Shown here: piece after piece, positions 27,750-37,240 of the stretch
Layout: each line of letters opens with the position of its first letter
Position numbering within the stretch: the stretch's first letter is position 1
Source of the DNA: Candidatus Enterousia sp.
GTDB taxonomy: Bacteria > Pseudomonadota > Alphaproteobacteria > Rs-D84
Length of the DNA stretch: 38,730 nucleotides
Assembly: GCA_045651445.1 (NCBI GenBank)
Contig: JAZRSI010000019.1
Location: 1 to 38,730 of the forward strand
Direction of reading: 5' to 3'
Notes under the pieces: generated by a model
What the model saw: the letters and a program-made list of their open reading frames with translations, nothing else
Told to the model about the DNA's origin: nothing
The model's database searches: none
Made by a program: the position numbers and the translations under genes

Positions 27750-30185
27750 ATGAAGAAAAGAGAGAAAAAATTGAAACACGTTTTAAAGAATTTATATTGT
27801 TTTTACGCGCTTTTTGCTTTGATGGGAACTGCGGTTGCGGCTCAGGCGCCAAATCCACGTAGTACGGGGGCGGCATTGTCAAGCCCACGTTCGGAATCTA
27901 AAATTGTTGCAAAACGTGGGGCGGGCGAAAATTCGCGTGTTATATCTGATGTTTCGCGTACGGCGATACGTAATGGTTCGACGGTTGTAACCCGTGGGTT
28001 ATTGAATGGACCGGCACGTAGTTTGCGTGTAAAGTCGCGTGCGGGGGCGAATGTTGCTGAAACGTCTGCGCGTTCTGCGTCCAAGAAGGCAACGATGTCG
28101 CGTGCGGCAACATTATCGCGTTCAGGTGCATCGTTTCGTGGTGCGGGGTCGGCAACGGTTTTAAATTCTATTGCGCGTGCGGCGACGCCTGCGCGTGCGA
28201 CGGCGGTTTTTAATGATGTTTCAAAAATAGGTAATGGTTATGCACAATGTCGTGAATCTTATGCGACTTGTATGGATCAGTTTTGTGCAAACGCAAATGA
28301 CACATATCGTAGATGTTTTTGTAGTTCGCGTTATTCCACGTTCCGTGATACAGAACTGGCATTGGACGAAGCCAAGGTGTTATTGCAACGTTTCGAAGAT
28401 AATAATTTGAATGCCGTTGACAAGACGGCAGACGAAGTTAATGCAATGTATTCTGCAACTGTTGGCGAAGCGGCAATTAAAAACGACGTCAGTGGCGCCC
28501 AGGCGGTCTTGAATGAAATAAGTGATTTGTTATCGGGCAAAAAGAAGGCCACACCACAGGAAGAAAAAGTAAATTTGATGTCGGTTGATTTTTCGTCGGA
28601 TATGGATGATATTTGGGGCGGTTCTTCGAATTCTATATTTGAAACTGCCCAACCGAGAGAGATGTCTATGTCTGAACTCGAAGGGATTGATTTGTATAAT
28701 GTTTCAAATCAGAATTGCTTGGAAATTATTGGCAGTTCTTGCGAGAATCAGGCAATTTTAAATATGTCAACCAGTGCATATAATATTATGATTACCCAAG
28801 ATTGTAATTTATATGAAAAGAAAATTGAAAAACAACGCGAAGCCGTTATGCAAACTGTTCGTCAGGCGGAAAAATACCTGCGCGAAGCACGCTTAGAAGA
28901 ATATCGTGCGCATAATTCTGCGGATGTAAATGAATGTATTGCCAAGGTAAAAACGGCAATGTTGCAAGATATGGCCTGTGGACCAGATTATAGACGTTGT
29001 TTGGATTATTCGGGCGTTTATATTAATTCAGTTACTGGGGAACCGATATATTCGCCGCGTTTGCTTAAATTGAATGAACTGATTAAATTGGATGGTTCCA
29101 GTGATGTTGTTGGTCAAAACAAGGAATTTGATAAATTCTTGGAAGACAAGCGGAAATTTGCGGAAAGCGCATTGGATACCTGTCGTGATGATGCGGAATT
29201 GGTATGGTCTGAATTTAAACGTAGTGCGATAATCGAAATTGCACAGGCCCAGGATGCAAAAATTGAAGAAGTAAAAATGTCTTGTGTTTCAACAATGGCG
29301 GAATGTTATGATACACAGTCCCAGGCATTAAAAAATTTTGACAAGAATACGGCCAAGGTTTCTGGGGCGTTGGCGGCAAGCGCGGCGCGTGGAATGTGCA
29401 GGGACAAGGTTCTTGCGTGTGCCAATTTGTACGGTGATAGTTCAAAATGTTCGTTTGATGCGAATGGAAGATTAACGTCTAATTCTGGCAACTGTGGATT
29501 GGCAGAGTTGTTAAATTTTGTTGATGGTGTTGATTCTGTACGTATTGCCGAAGGCTGTGCAGAGGCAATTGAATCAAAGTTAAAGGAATTATGTACGCCA
29601 ACATCTGGGGATAAAGAATATCCATGGAATTGTATCAATCTTTCAAAAGAGAAAATGTCCGCAAATATTGCAAGTTACCAGGCTACTTATTGTGAACTAT
29701 CCGATGGAAGCGATCCGCAAATAAATGCCGAATTGAAAACCAAGGTAGATGTGATGCTTAATGAGGTCGAAGAAGCGGTTTCGTTCATGTTGGAACAAGA
29801 ATGTACAGCACGCGATGGATATTGGTTATTGGCGGACGGTAATTATGGTGAATTGAAAAATAATCAGTTGCTAACTGCGTTTTATAATCAAATCTCATCG
29901 GGAAAAAAGCCAGAAGTTAAGGATGATATGCTCGAAGAAGACAGAGATAAACTAGAATACGGTGGTGCGTATGGTCTTTGTGTTGAAAATACAACAAAGA
30001 TAAGATGTGAATCGTATAACACAACCGCAAGCAAGACAGAAGAAGAAGGTGGGGAAGTTATACCGTACGCAAGATATGATGCAACCAAGGATGAATGCGT
30101 ATTTAGTGATGAATGGTACAAGAATCAGTGTACTGTACTTGGTGGTTTGTACGAGAGTAATATCTGCTATCTGCCCAACGAATAA
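27750..30185 (+). CDS. Large exported Cys-rich protein (811 aa) with Arg/Ala/Ser-rich N-terminal region
   Basis: Signal peptide (..TAVA-AQ), ~120-aa basic low-complexity tract, 28 Cys in the mature part; exact start uncertain. Confidence 0.85.
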   Translation: MKKREKKLKHVLKNLYCFYALFALMGTAVAAQAPNPRSTGAALSSPRSESKIVAKRGAGENSRVISDVSRTAIRNGSTVVTRGLLNGPARSLRVKSRAGANVAETSARSASKKATMSRAATLSRSGASFRGAGSATVLNSIARAATPARATAVFNDVSKIGNGYAQCRESYATCMDQFCANANDTYRRCFCSSRYSTFRDTELALDEAKVLLQRFEDNNLNAVDKTADEVNAMYSATVGEAAIKNDVSGAQAVLNEISDLLSGKKKATPQEEKVNLMSVDFSSDMDDIWGGSSNSIFETAQPREMSMSELEGIDLYNVSNQNCLEIIGSSCENQAILNMSTSAYNIMITQDCNLYEKKIEKQREAVMQTVRQAEKYLREARLEEYRAHNSADVNECIAKVKTAMLQDMACGPDYRRCLDYSGVYINSVTGEPIYSPRLLKLNELIKLDGSSDVVGQNKEFDKFLEDKRKFAESALDTCRDDAELVWSEFKRSAIIEIAQAQDAKIEEVKMSCVSTMAECYDTQSQALKNFDKNTAKVSGALAASAARGMCRDKVLACANLYGDSSKCSFDANGRLTSNSGNCGLAELLNFVDGVDSVRIAEGCAEAIESKLKELCTPTSGDKEYPWNCINLSKEKMSANIASYQATYCELSDGSDPQINAELKTKVDVMLNEVEEAVSFMLEQECTARDGYWLLADGNYGELKNNQLLTAFYNQISSGKKPEVKDDMLEEDRDKLEYGGAYGLCVENTTKIRCESYNTTASKTEEEGGEVIPYARYDATKDECVFSDEWYKNQCTVLGGLYESNICYLPNE

Positions 30186-30309
30186 TGGCATGGTGGTATA
30201 GAAAACAGATGATAAAGATTAACCAAAGGAAATAAAACTTATTTTTGACCCGAGATCCTAAAAACGGATACGAAACTTAGCAGTCGCGCAACCATATTAG
30301 GATTTTGTT

Positions 30310-31605
30310 ATGAAAAAAAATTATTTGATTGCGTTTTGCGCGCTGACTGCGTTGTTTTTTCAAGATGCGGCTGCTGTTTTTAATAGAAATGATGCCAGTT
30401 TGGCTGGGGCATATAATTATTGGGGCGGACAACCGGGGAAGCTTTCGGGTGCGGTGCCATTGGGTGAGTTTATTGTTGCAGGTGGTGCAGGAAAGGCGGC
30501 GCGCGGTACGCATGGTGATGAATATGGCTTGGTTGGTGTTATTGCCGTTAATCATTTAACGCAAGAAGGGGCGAATTTCTGTACAGTTCAGATTCAGTGT
30601 GCAAATAGTTATGGTGTTAGAGACGCTTGGACAACCTATCACTTCCCCAGTGGGGGCAAGGAAGCAGATGGTTCCTTGCGTTGTTATACCCTATGCAAGT
30701 CAGGTTTTACGGCGGTGGGTGCTAAGTGTGTTCCAATTGATACACTTGCGCGGTTTGAATGTAACACCGCCGAGAATCTTAAATCTTATTTAACTACTGG
30801 AATCGGCATGGCGCATAGCGGTGGTAGTATCGAAAGTTCTGTTTCAGCATTGTATTCTTGGTATTATGGTGATCATGGCGGGACAGAATACGATGTTGTG
30901 TTGGGAATTACACGATTTGTGCCACATGGGGCATTTGTTGCACCCATAGGGTTGCATTGTGGACGTGATAATTGGAAGTCAGTAGATTCTTTTATTGGTG
31001 GTATTTATGTTCGTGCGAAGAAAGAAACTTTGTTATGTATGGCGGGATACACCCCAGAACCAGGGGATGACCCACAGAAATGTGTGGAAATAGATCGCAC
31101 AAAATGTGATTTTGCTAGTTTGCCAGCTTGTGGTGGTGTTGATGAATCAAAATTTGACGACGCTACACACAAATGGGTATTAAATCCAACTGGGACGGCG
31201 TGTAAGATGATACGCTGTAAACAGGATGAGTATGCATTCACAACAAGTGGTGATTATGCATGTGCAGAATGCGGGGATGGAACAATTAGGTATGGTGTTG
31301 ATGCATCAGGAATGTGCATAGAATGCAAGGGGACAAAGCTTTTTGATAGTGATACCAAAGCTTGCACCGAAACCAAAACAATATTAACCAAAGAAGAATT
31401 GCAGTATGGCAAGGGGCATACACGTAATTCAAATCAGGATAATAGAATCCAAGATCAATGTTGGTATCATGTAAAGCCTGACACTTATAGAGGTTGTGTG
31501 ATTGGATGTCCCGAGGGGCAAAAGTGGGAAGATGGCGGATGTGTTAGTAAGACGGGGAACGCACCAGATGGTTTCGCATTGGATACAACAGGTGCCACAG
31601 AATAA
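30310..31605 (+). CDS. Exported Cys-rich protein (431 aa)
   Basis: Signal peptide MKKNYLIAFCALTALFFQDAAA; 22 mature Cys including CxxC pairs and CPEGQKW..GGC. Confidence 0.85.
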   Translation: MKKNYLIAFCALTALFFQDAAAVFNRNDASLAGAYNYWGGQPGKLSGAVPLGEFIVAGGAGKAARGTHGDEYGLVGVIAVNHLTQEGANFCTVQIQCANSYGVRDAWTTYHFPSGGKEADGSLRCYTLCKSGFTAVGAKCVPIDTLARFECNTAENLKSYLTTGIGMAHSGGSIESSVSALYSWYYGDHGGTEYDVVLGITRFVPHGAFVAPIGLHCGRDNWKSVDSFIGGIYVRAKKETLLCMAGYTPEPGDDPQKCVEIDRTKCDFASLPACGGVDESKFDDATHKWVLNPTGTACKMIRCKQDEYAFTTSGDYACAECGDGTIRYGVDASGMCIECKGTKLFDSDTKACTETKTILTKEELQYGKGHTRNSNQDNRIQDQCWYHVKPDTYRGCVIGCPEGQKWEDGGCVSKTGNAPDGFALDTTGATE

Positions 31606-31606
31606 C

Positions 31607-31629
31607 AATCCCCCGTTTGGGGGATTTTT
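31607..31629 (+). terminator. Intrinsic terminator
   Basis: aatccccc-gttt-gggggatttt. Confidence 0.85.
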
Positions 31630-31660
31630 GTTTCAAATAAAAATTGTTATATAAAAAAAC

Positions 31661-31808
31661 TTGTCATTCCTGCGAATATACAGTGCGAAGTGAAACGGAG
31701 CCAAGTTTATCGTACGGGTAAATTGTTATTGGTGCGCGTTGTGCGCACGGTTTGGGGACCCTATCCCTGGCTGCGCAGGGATGACAAAGGGAAAACGCAG
31801 GGATGACA
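31661..31808. repeat. Miniature inverted-repeat (REP/MITE-like) element with duplicated right end
   Basis: ttgtcattcctgcg (31661-31674) vs cgcagggatgacaa (31774-31787), 13/14 complementary; cgcagggatgaca repeated at 31796-31808. Confidence 0.7.
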
Positions 31809-31902
31809 CCACTTCGTTAAAACTTCGTGGTGCAGGCAAAAAAAAGGGGGGCAGGCAAAGAGGCATATTTGTATTTTATTTAAGAAAAAAGCCCTGTTGC
31901 CA

Positions 31903-31930
31903 CTTGAAATCATTTTCTGCAAAACTATAT
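31903..31930 (+). promoter_or_regulatory. RpoH (sigma32)-type promoter of dnaK
   Basis: CTTG(AA)-N17-ACTATAT versus alphaproteobacterial consensus CTTG-N17-CYTATNT. Confidence 0.65.
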
Positions 31931-31964
31931 GGTGTATAAGCAAAAAAATTTAAGGAGTAAAAAT

Positions 31965-33857
31965 ATGGGAAAAGTATTGGGTATTGACTTGGGTACAACT
32001 AATTCCGCCATGGCGTTTATGGATGGAACGGATCCAAAAATTATCGAAAATGCCGAAGGACAACGTACAACACCTTCTGTGGTTGCGCTGACAAGTGGCG
32101 GCGAACAATTGGTCGGTATTACCGCAAAGAATCAGGCGGTTACAAATCCTGAAAATACAATTTATGAAATTAAACGTTTGATGGGCTTGCGTTTCGATAG
32201 CCCTGCGGTCAAAGAAATCGCAGCGCGCGTCCCTTATAAGATTGTCGCAGGTGAAAATGGCGATGCTTGGGTCGAAATGGATGGTAAAAAATATGCGCCG
32301 TCTCAGATTTCGGCAATGATTTTGGCAAAGTTAAAGAAAGATGCCGAAAGTTACTTGGGCGAAACAGTTACAGATGCGGTTATTACAGTTCCTGCGTATT
32401 TTAATGATTCACAACGTCAGGCAACCAAAGACGCAGGTCGTATCGCCGGATTAAATGTCTTGCGTATCGTTAATGAACCAACCGCGGCCGCATTGGCGTA
32501 TGGTTTGGACAAAGGCAAAGATGGTATTATCGCGGTTTATGACCTTGGTGGTGGTACGTTTGACGTGTCTATTTTGGAAATTGTTGATGGTGTGTTCGAA
32601 GTAAAATCAACAAATGGGGATACCGCATTGGGTGGTTCTGATTTTGATGCGCGTATCTTGGAACACTTAATCGCAGAATTCAAATCACAGACGGGAATTG
32701 ATTTGTCAGGTGATAAATTGGCGTTGCAACGCTTGAAAGAAGCCGCAGAAAAGGCAAAAATCGAATTGTCTTCTAAGACTTCTACGGATATTAACTTGCC
32801 GTTCTTGACAGCAGACGCAACGGGTCCAAAGCACTTTAATACAACATTAACCCGCGCAAAATTGGAATCATTGGTTGCAGATTTAATTGAACGCACAATT
32901 GAACCTTGTAAAAAAGCCTTGAAAGATGCGGGCTTGGAAAAATCACAAATTAACGAAGTTATCTTGGTTGGTGGTCAGACACGTATGCCAAAGGTTGCAG
33001 AAACTGTAAAAGAATTCTTTGGACGCGAACCACACAAAGGCGTTAATCCAGACGAAGTTGTTGGTATGGGTGCCGCAATTCAAGGCGGTGTTCTTAAAGG
33101 CGATGTCAAGGATGTCTTGCTGTTGGATGTTACACCACTTTCATTGGGTATTGAAACATTGGGTGGTGTATTTACACGCTTAATCGATAGAAATACAACA
33201 ATTCCAACTAAAAAATCACAGGTGTTCAGTACCGCCGAAGATAATCAGTCCGCAGTTACTATCCGTGTGTTCCAAGGTGAACGCGATATGGCGGCAGATA
33301 ACAAATTGTTGGGACAATTTAACTTGGAAGGTATTGCCCCTGCCCCACGTGGTATGCCACAAATCGAAGTGTCGTTTGATATCGACGCTAATGGTATTGT
33401 GCATGTTTCTGCCAAGGACAAAGGAACCGGTAAAGAACAAGCAATTTCAATTAAATCTGATGGTGGTTTGTCCGAAGATGAAATTAAACGCATGGTTGAT
33501 GAAGCCGCCGCAAATGCCGAAGCGGACAAGAAAAAACGCGAATTGGCCGAGGCTAAAAATACAGCAGAAACCGCAGTGTTTAGTATCGAAAAGTCTTTGA
33601 AGGAACACGGTGATAAAATTAGCGAAGATGATAAAAAGGCAATCGAAGATGCTAAACAGGCGTTGTCGGATGAATTGGCCAAGGCGGATGCAACGGCTGA
33701 ATCATTGAAGGAAAAAACAGATGCATTAACAGAAAAAGCAATGAAGTTGGGCGAAGCAGTCTATAAGGCTGCGCAAGCAGAACAACAAGCAAATGCCAGT
33801 GAAGAAAAGAAAAATGAAGACGGCAGTGTTGATGCTGATTTTTCTGAAAAGAAATAA
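31965..33857 (+). CDS. dnaK: Chaperone DnaK (Hsp70)
   Basis: [56 protein letters not shown]; start 31965 follows TAAGGAG. Confidence 0.99.
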   Translation: MGKVLGIDLGTTNSAMAFMDGTDPKIIENAEGQRTTPSVVALTSGGEQLVGITAKNQAVTNPENTIYEIKRLMGLRFDSPAVKEIAARVPYKIVAGENGDAWVEMDGKKYAPSQISAMILAKLKKDAESYLGETVTDAVITVPAYFNDSQRQATKDAGRIAGLNVLRIVNEPTAAALAYGLDKGKDGIIAVYDLGGGTFDVSILEIVDGVFEVKSTNGDTALGGSDFDARILEHLIAEFKSQTGIDLSGDKLALQRLKEAAEKAKIELSSKTSTDINLPFLTADATGPKHFNTTLTRAKLESLVADLIERTIEPCKKALKDAGLEKSQINEVILVGGQTRMPKVAETVKEFFGREPHKGVNPDEVVGMGAAIQGGVLKGDVKDVLLLDVTPLSLGIETLGGVFTRLIDRNTTIPTKKSQVFSTAEDNQSAVTIRVFQGERDMAADNKLLGQFNLEGIAPAPRGMPQIEVSFDIDANGIVHVSAKDKGTGKEQAISIKSDGGLSEDEIKRMVDEAAANAEADKKKRELAEAKNTAETAVFSIEKSLKEHGDKISEDDKKAIEDAKQALSDELAKADATAESLKEKTDALTEKAMKLGEAVYKAAQAEQQANASEEKKNEDGSVDADFSEKK

Positions 33858-33873
33858 TTCATCAATTAATGTC

Positions 33874-33902
33874 AAAGCCCCGTCAAGTAAGACGGGGTTT
33901 TT
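33874..33902 (+). terminator. dnaK terminator
   Basis: gccccgtc-aagtaa-gacggggt followed by a U-tract. Confidence 0.85.
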
Positions 33903-33977
33903 ATTAGGAATTTTTTATTGTTGACTTTTATCGTTTTTGTGTAAAACTTGAAACACTATAAAAAAGGATATTAATAT

Positions 33978-34436
33978 ATGATAACAAGTAGAGTTTTGTC
34001 GGCTTTGAAAGATGCGACTGGTGCTGGAAACATTACCCCAAAAATGCGTTTAACCGCGGATTTGGGTGTTGAAGATTCCTTGGATATGTATGATATCAAG
34101 GTTGCACTAGAAGACGAATTTAAGATTTCTATTTCTGATGAAGAAGTCGCAAGAAAATTCCGTCTGGAACAGGATATTTATGTTTTTGAAATAATTGAAT
34201 TGGTAAAAAAATATGTAAAAAACAATAAAAAGACTGAACTAAATCCGATTAAGGGGTTATACACAATTAATCCCAGTCGATCGGGGACGGCACTGTGTTG
34301 TTTAACAGGTAAAGAATGCGATAAAATAACTTCTTATATGTTGTGGACCAAGATAAATTGGTGTCGCAAGATAGGATGTGAACTTGCGTACAATTTTTAT
34401 AGACTTGCCGCATATAAACAACAAAATCACAAATAA
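33978..34436 (+). CDS. Acyl-carrier-protein-like domain fused to a Cys-rich C-terminal extension
   Basis: DLGVEDSLD...ALEDEFKISISDEE is the phosphopantetheine-site ACP pattern; extra ~70 aa carry 5 Cys. Confidence 0.8.
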   Translation: MITSRVLSALKDATGAGNITPKMRLTADLGVEDSLDMYDIKVALEDEFKISISDEEVARKFRLEQDIYVFEIIELVKKYVKNNKKTELNPIKGLYTINPSRSGTALCCLTGKECDKITSYMLWTKINWCRKIGCELAYNFYRLAAYKQQNHK

Positions 34437-34462
34437 AAAAACGGGATTTATCCCGTTTTTTA
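34435..34462. terminator. Bidirectional intrinsic terminator
   Basis: aaaaaaacggga-ttta-tcccgttttttt. Confidence 0.85.
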
Positions 34463-35542
34463 TTACTTTTGTTCGCCTATATAGATGCCCATATTGTGTG
34501 CCACATCTAATAACGGTTCTTCGGGTGAAACGTACGCGTTTGATGTCATTAGGTCTGGAATCTTTGGGTCGTGTACAATTTCACCAGACGCGATAAATTC
34601 GGTTAATGGAACCGTTTTGCATTCGCCGTCAATCAAGGCCGTCATAACATAGGTTTCATTGTTTTCGATTGCGTTTAATGCACAATCGGCAAATCGTGTG
34701 GCAAGTATTCTGTCCGTTGCGGTGGTGTCCCCTGCCCGTTGGGTGTGTTCTGGGAATGCAGTTCGATTTGTTATCCCCGCGGCCGTTAATTTGCGTGATA
34801 TCATATCCGCAGGACGACCAGAATGTCCACGTAATTTTATCCCTTCGGATACAATTATAATGCCATAATCGGTTGGCGCAGATTTTATATGTTGAACCAA
34901 GGCGTCTATGTCAAATTTTATTTCCGGTATCAATATTGCGCGTGCACCAATCGCAACGCCCGCATGTAACGCCAGTTCCCCGCAATCACGCCCCATTGAC
35001 TGCACCACAAACCAGCGATGATGACTGCGCGCCGTTAGCATCAATTGATCGCAATATGATGTTAATTGCTGAACCGCGGTGTCAAATCCGATTGTTCGTT
35101 CTGTGATAGGGATATCCATATCGATTGTCTTTGGAATGCAAATCAATTGTAAATCACGATAAATTTCACGATTGGACCACGCAAGGGATATACTGCCGTT
35201 GCCACCAATCAAGATTAAAGCATCAAGGTCTAAATCAGTCAAAGATTTATGCAACTGTGTGTTAAAGCGTTTTATTCGTCCCGTTTCTGCGGCCGTTTCA
35301 AAGTTTAATGCGTTAGCGCGACCATTGTGCAAAAAACTGCCCGCAAGGCGTGCGTTTTCAAGCGGCAGCAACAAATCGTTTAACTTTATCGCCGCGGGTG
35401 GGGTTGTGCATAGACCGTCGGTTCCGTCCAAAATCCCGTAAACATCCCAACCACGCAAGGTGGCGCCTTGTAAAATTCGCTGTATCGCGGTGTTTAGACC
35501 ACTACAATCACCGCCAGTTGTCATTATTCCTATTTTCTTCAT
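34463..35542 (-). CDS. pfkA: 6-phosphofructokinase (PfkA family, group III-like)
   Basis: TTGGDCSGLN, IGGNGS, IPKTIDMD, TIGFDTA, MGR..G, VSEG, HTQRAG, DRILA. Confidence 0.92.
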   Translation of the reverse strand: MKKIGIMTTGGDCSGLNTAIQRILQGATLRGWDVYGILDGTDGLCTTPPAAIKLNDLLLPLENARLAGSFLHNGRANALNFETAAETGRIKRFNTQLHKSLTDLDLDALILIGGNGSISLAWSNREIYRDLQLICIPKTIDMDIPITERTIGFDTAVQQLTSYCDQLMLTARSHHRWFVVQSMGRDCGELALHAGVAIGARAILIPEIKFDIDALVQHIKSAPTDYGIIIVSEGIKLRGHSGRPADMISRKLTAAGITNRTAFPEHTQRAGDTTATDRILATRFADCALNAIENNETYVMTALIDGECKTVPLTEFIASGEIVHDPKIPDLMTSNAYVSPEEPLLDVAHNMGIYIGEQK

Positions 35543-35583
35543 GATTTTTGCTTCCTTTCGACTGTCATTATATCATAAATAAA

Positions 35584-35611
35584 TTGACAAAGAAATATTA
35601 TTTGTAATAAT
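35584..35611 (+). promoter_or_regulatory. Putative sigma70 promoter of the LysM gene
   Basis: TTGACA-N16-AATAAT in the divergent pfkA/LysM gap. Confidence 0.45.
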
Positions 35612-35653
35612 TTGTCTAAATATTGAATTAATTTAGTTTTCAGGAGTTTTTTG

Positions 35654-36811
35654 ATGTCAAATACTAATAATAAAAACGCAAATATGGGCAAGACCAAGCG
35701 TTCAACAGATGATTTAATTAACGATGCGTTGGCGCAACAAAATGATTGGCTGGAAAATCGCAGAACATATACGCGCGGATTCCTGAAATCATTAAATATG
35801 TTCGCAAAAACATCAGATGAAGTAAAACAGGCAGAAACAAAAAAAGAACCAAAGACAGAAGTAAAATCGGAAAAGAAAAATTCTGGATTGCGGGCTTATT
35901 GGTTCCCTATTCTGTGTGCTATGATTGTTATATTTGTCGCAATTTGGGTTGCGTTCGTTCGGGTTTCTGCGCCTTCAAAGATTATTATTGTGCCAAAGGT
36001 TGCAGAACCTGTTGTGCAAAAGGTTCAACAGATTACTGTGCCTGAATTTGACATCGTTCGAATTGAAAAATCTGGCAAGATTGTTATTGCGGGTCGTTGG
36101 TTGCCAAATCACAATATTTCAATTATGGTTAATGGAAAAATTATCGCAACAGAACGCACAAACGCATCTGGCGATTTTGTTTATTCGCCAATAAATAATT
36201 GGAAACCGGGAAATTATACCATTGCATTGTTGGGCGATGAACCAGAAGTAAAATCTTCGAACAAGGTCTTTGTGTATGTGTCCGAAGCCGGTGCGGAAAA
36301 TTCTGTGTCTTTATTAATGACCAAGGATGGCAGTACTTTGTTACAAGCGCCAAGTGATTTACAAGATGGTGATTTGACCGTTTCAAAAATAGATTATTTG
36401 GATTCTGGACGCATTGTTGTAACTGGGGATGGAATGCCAAGATTGCGTGTGTCGTTGTCTTTGAATGATGAATATTTGGGCTTTGCACGCGTGTCAGATT
36501 ATCGTCATTTTGGTTTGGGTGCCGATGTTGGCGAATTAGAATCTGGCAAAGAATACAAGTTGGTGTTGCGTATGCATGATGGGGATGGTCGTACGGTTGC
36601 GTCGGTTACACATGAATTTGAAATGCCAACAATGACGGGTGATGACGATACATATTATACGGTTCGTCGTGGGGATTGCTTGTGGATTATTGCGCGTAAT
36701 TTTATGCGTCGTGGTATTTTGTTTAGCATAATAGCGGATCGTAATAATATCGAAAATCCTGATTTGATTTTCCCAAAACAGAAATTACAAATCCCAACAA
36801 GTGGAAAATAA
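35654..36811 (+). CDS. Membrane-anchored LysM peptidoglycan-binding protein with Ig-like domains
   Basis: One TM, FDIVRIEKSG.IVIAGR repeat-type domains, C-terminal YTVRRGDCLWIIA...NNIENPDLIFPKQKLQIP. Confidence 0.9.
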   Translation: MSNTNNKNANMGKTKRSTDDLINDALAQQNDWLENRRTYTRGFLKSLNMFAKTSDEVKQAETKKEPKTEVKSEKKNSGLRAYWFPILCAMIVIFVAIWVAFVRVSAPSKIIIVPKVAEPVVQKVQQITVPEFDIVRIEKSGKIVIAGRWLPNHNISIMVNGKIIATERTNASGDFVYSPINNWKPGNYTIALLGDEPEVKSSNKVFVYVSEAGAENSVSLLMTKDGSTLLQAPSDLQDGDLTVSKIDYLDSGRIVVTGDGMPRLRVSLSLNDEYLGFARVSDYRHFGLGADVGELESGKEYKLVLRMHDGDGRTVASVTHEFEMPTMTGDDDTYYTVRRGDCLWIIARNFMRRGILFSIIADRNNIENPDLIFPKQKLQIPTSGK

Positions 36812-36812
36812 T

Positions 36813-37234
36813 ATGAAGCCGGCTGAAATTTTAAAATTGTTAGATTCATTGGAAAGGAATCTGAACAATCTTAATAAATCGCATTTAAAGAAAATTTATG
36901 CGTTATTAATTGCGTGCGGACATTATCCAATTTGCCCGTGGTGCAAGCAACCAATAGTGAATATAAATGACTTCTCGTAGGACCATATAATGCCGAAATC
37001 CGCGGGGGGGGCGATTCTATTGATAATTTACAACCGATGCACAAGCATTGTAATAATGCCGAAAAAAACGATGTTGTGTACGAAGGGGAATATAAATACG
37101 ATATCAAGTCAAATATGTACGAAGCGTTTTTGGATGTTCGACTTACGATTAATAAAAAATCCGAAGACAAGGTCAAAGAAGTTAAAGAAAAATATAAAAA
37201 TAATTCGCGCGGCAAGGTACAGAAAAAGCGTTAA
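36813..37234 (+). pseudogene. HNH endonuclease gene disrupted by an in-frame TAG and a one-base frameshift
   Basis: MKPAEILK...CPWCKQPIVNINDFS*DHIMPKSAGG/[G]DSIDNLQPMHKHCNNAEK...; TAG at 36978-36980, G8 run at 37004-37011. Confidence 0.85.
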
Positions 37235-37240
37235 TGTATT

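Noticed and set aside
30244-30290. Hammerhead ribozyme or c-di-GMP riboswitch
   Set aside because: CGAAAC...GTC is present, but there is no CUGANGA core or stem I, and the GEMM motifs are absent.
31739-31964. Small ORFs and the 12-aa DnaK N-terminal extension
   Set aside because: They overlap the repeat element and promoter; RBS and homology support the start at 31965.
36978-36980. TAG reassignment (alternative genetic code)
   Set aside because: TAG at 8675-8677 is followed directly by a terminator, conserved genes have no internal TAG, and the HNH gene has a second lesion.
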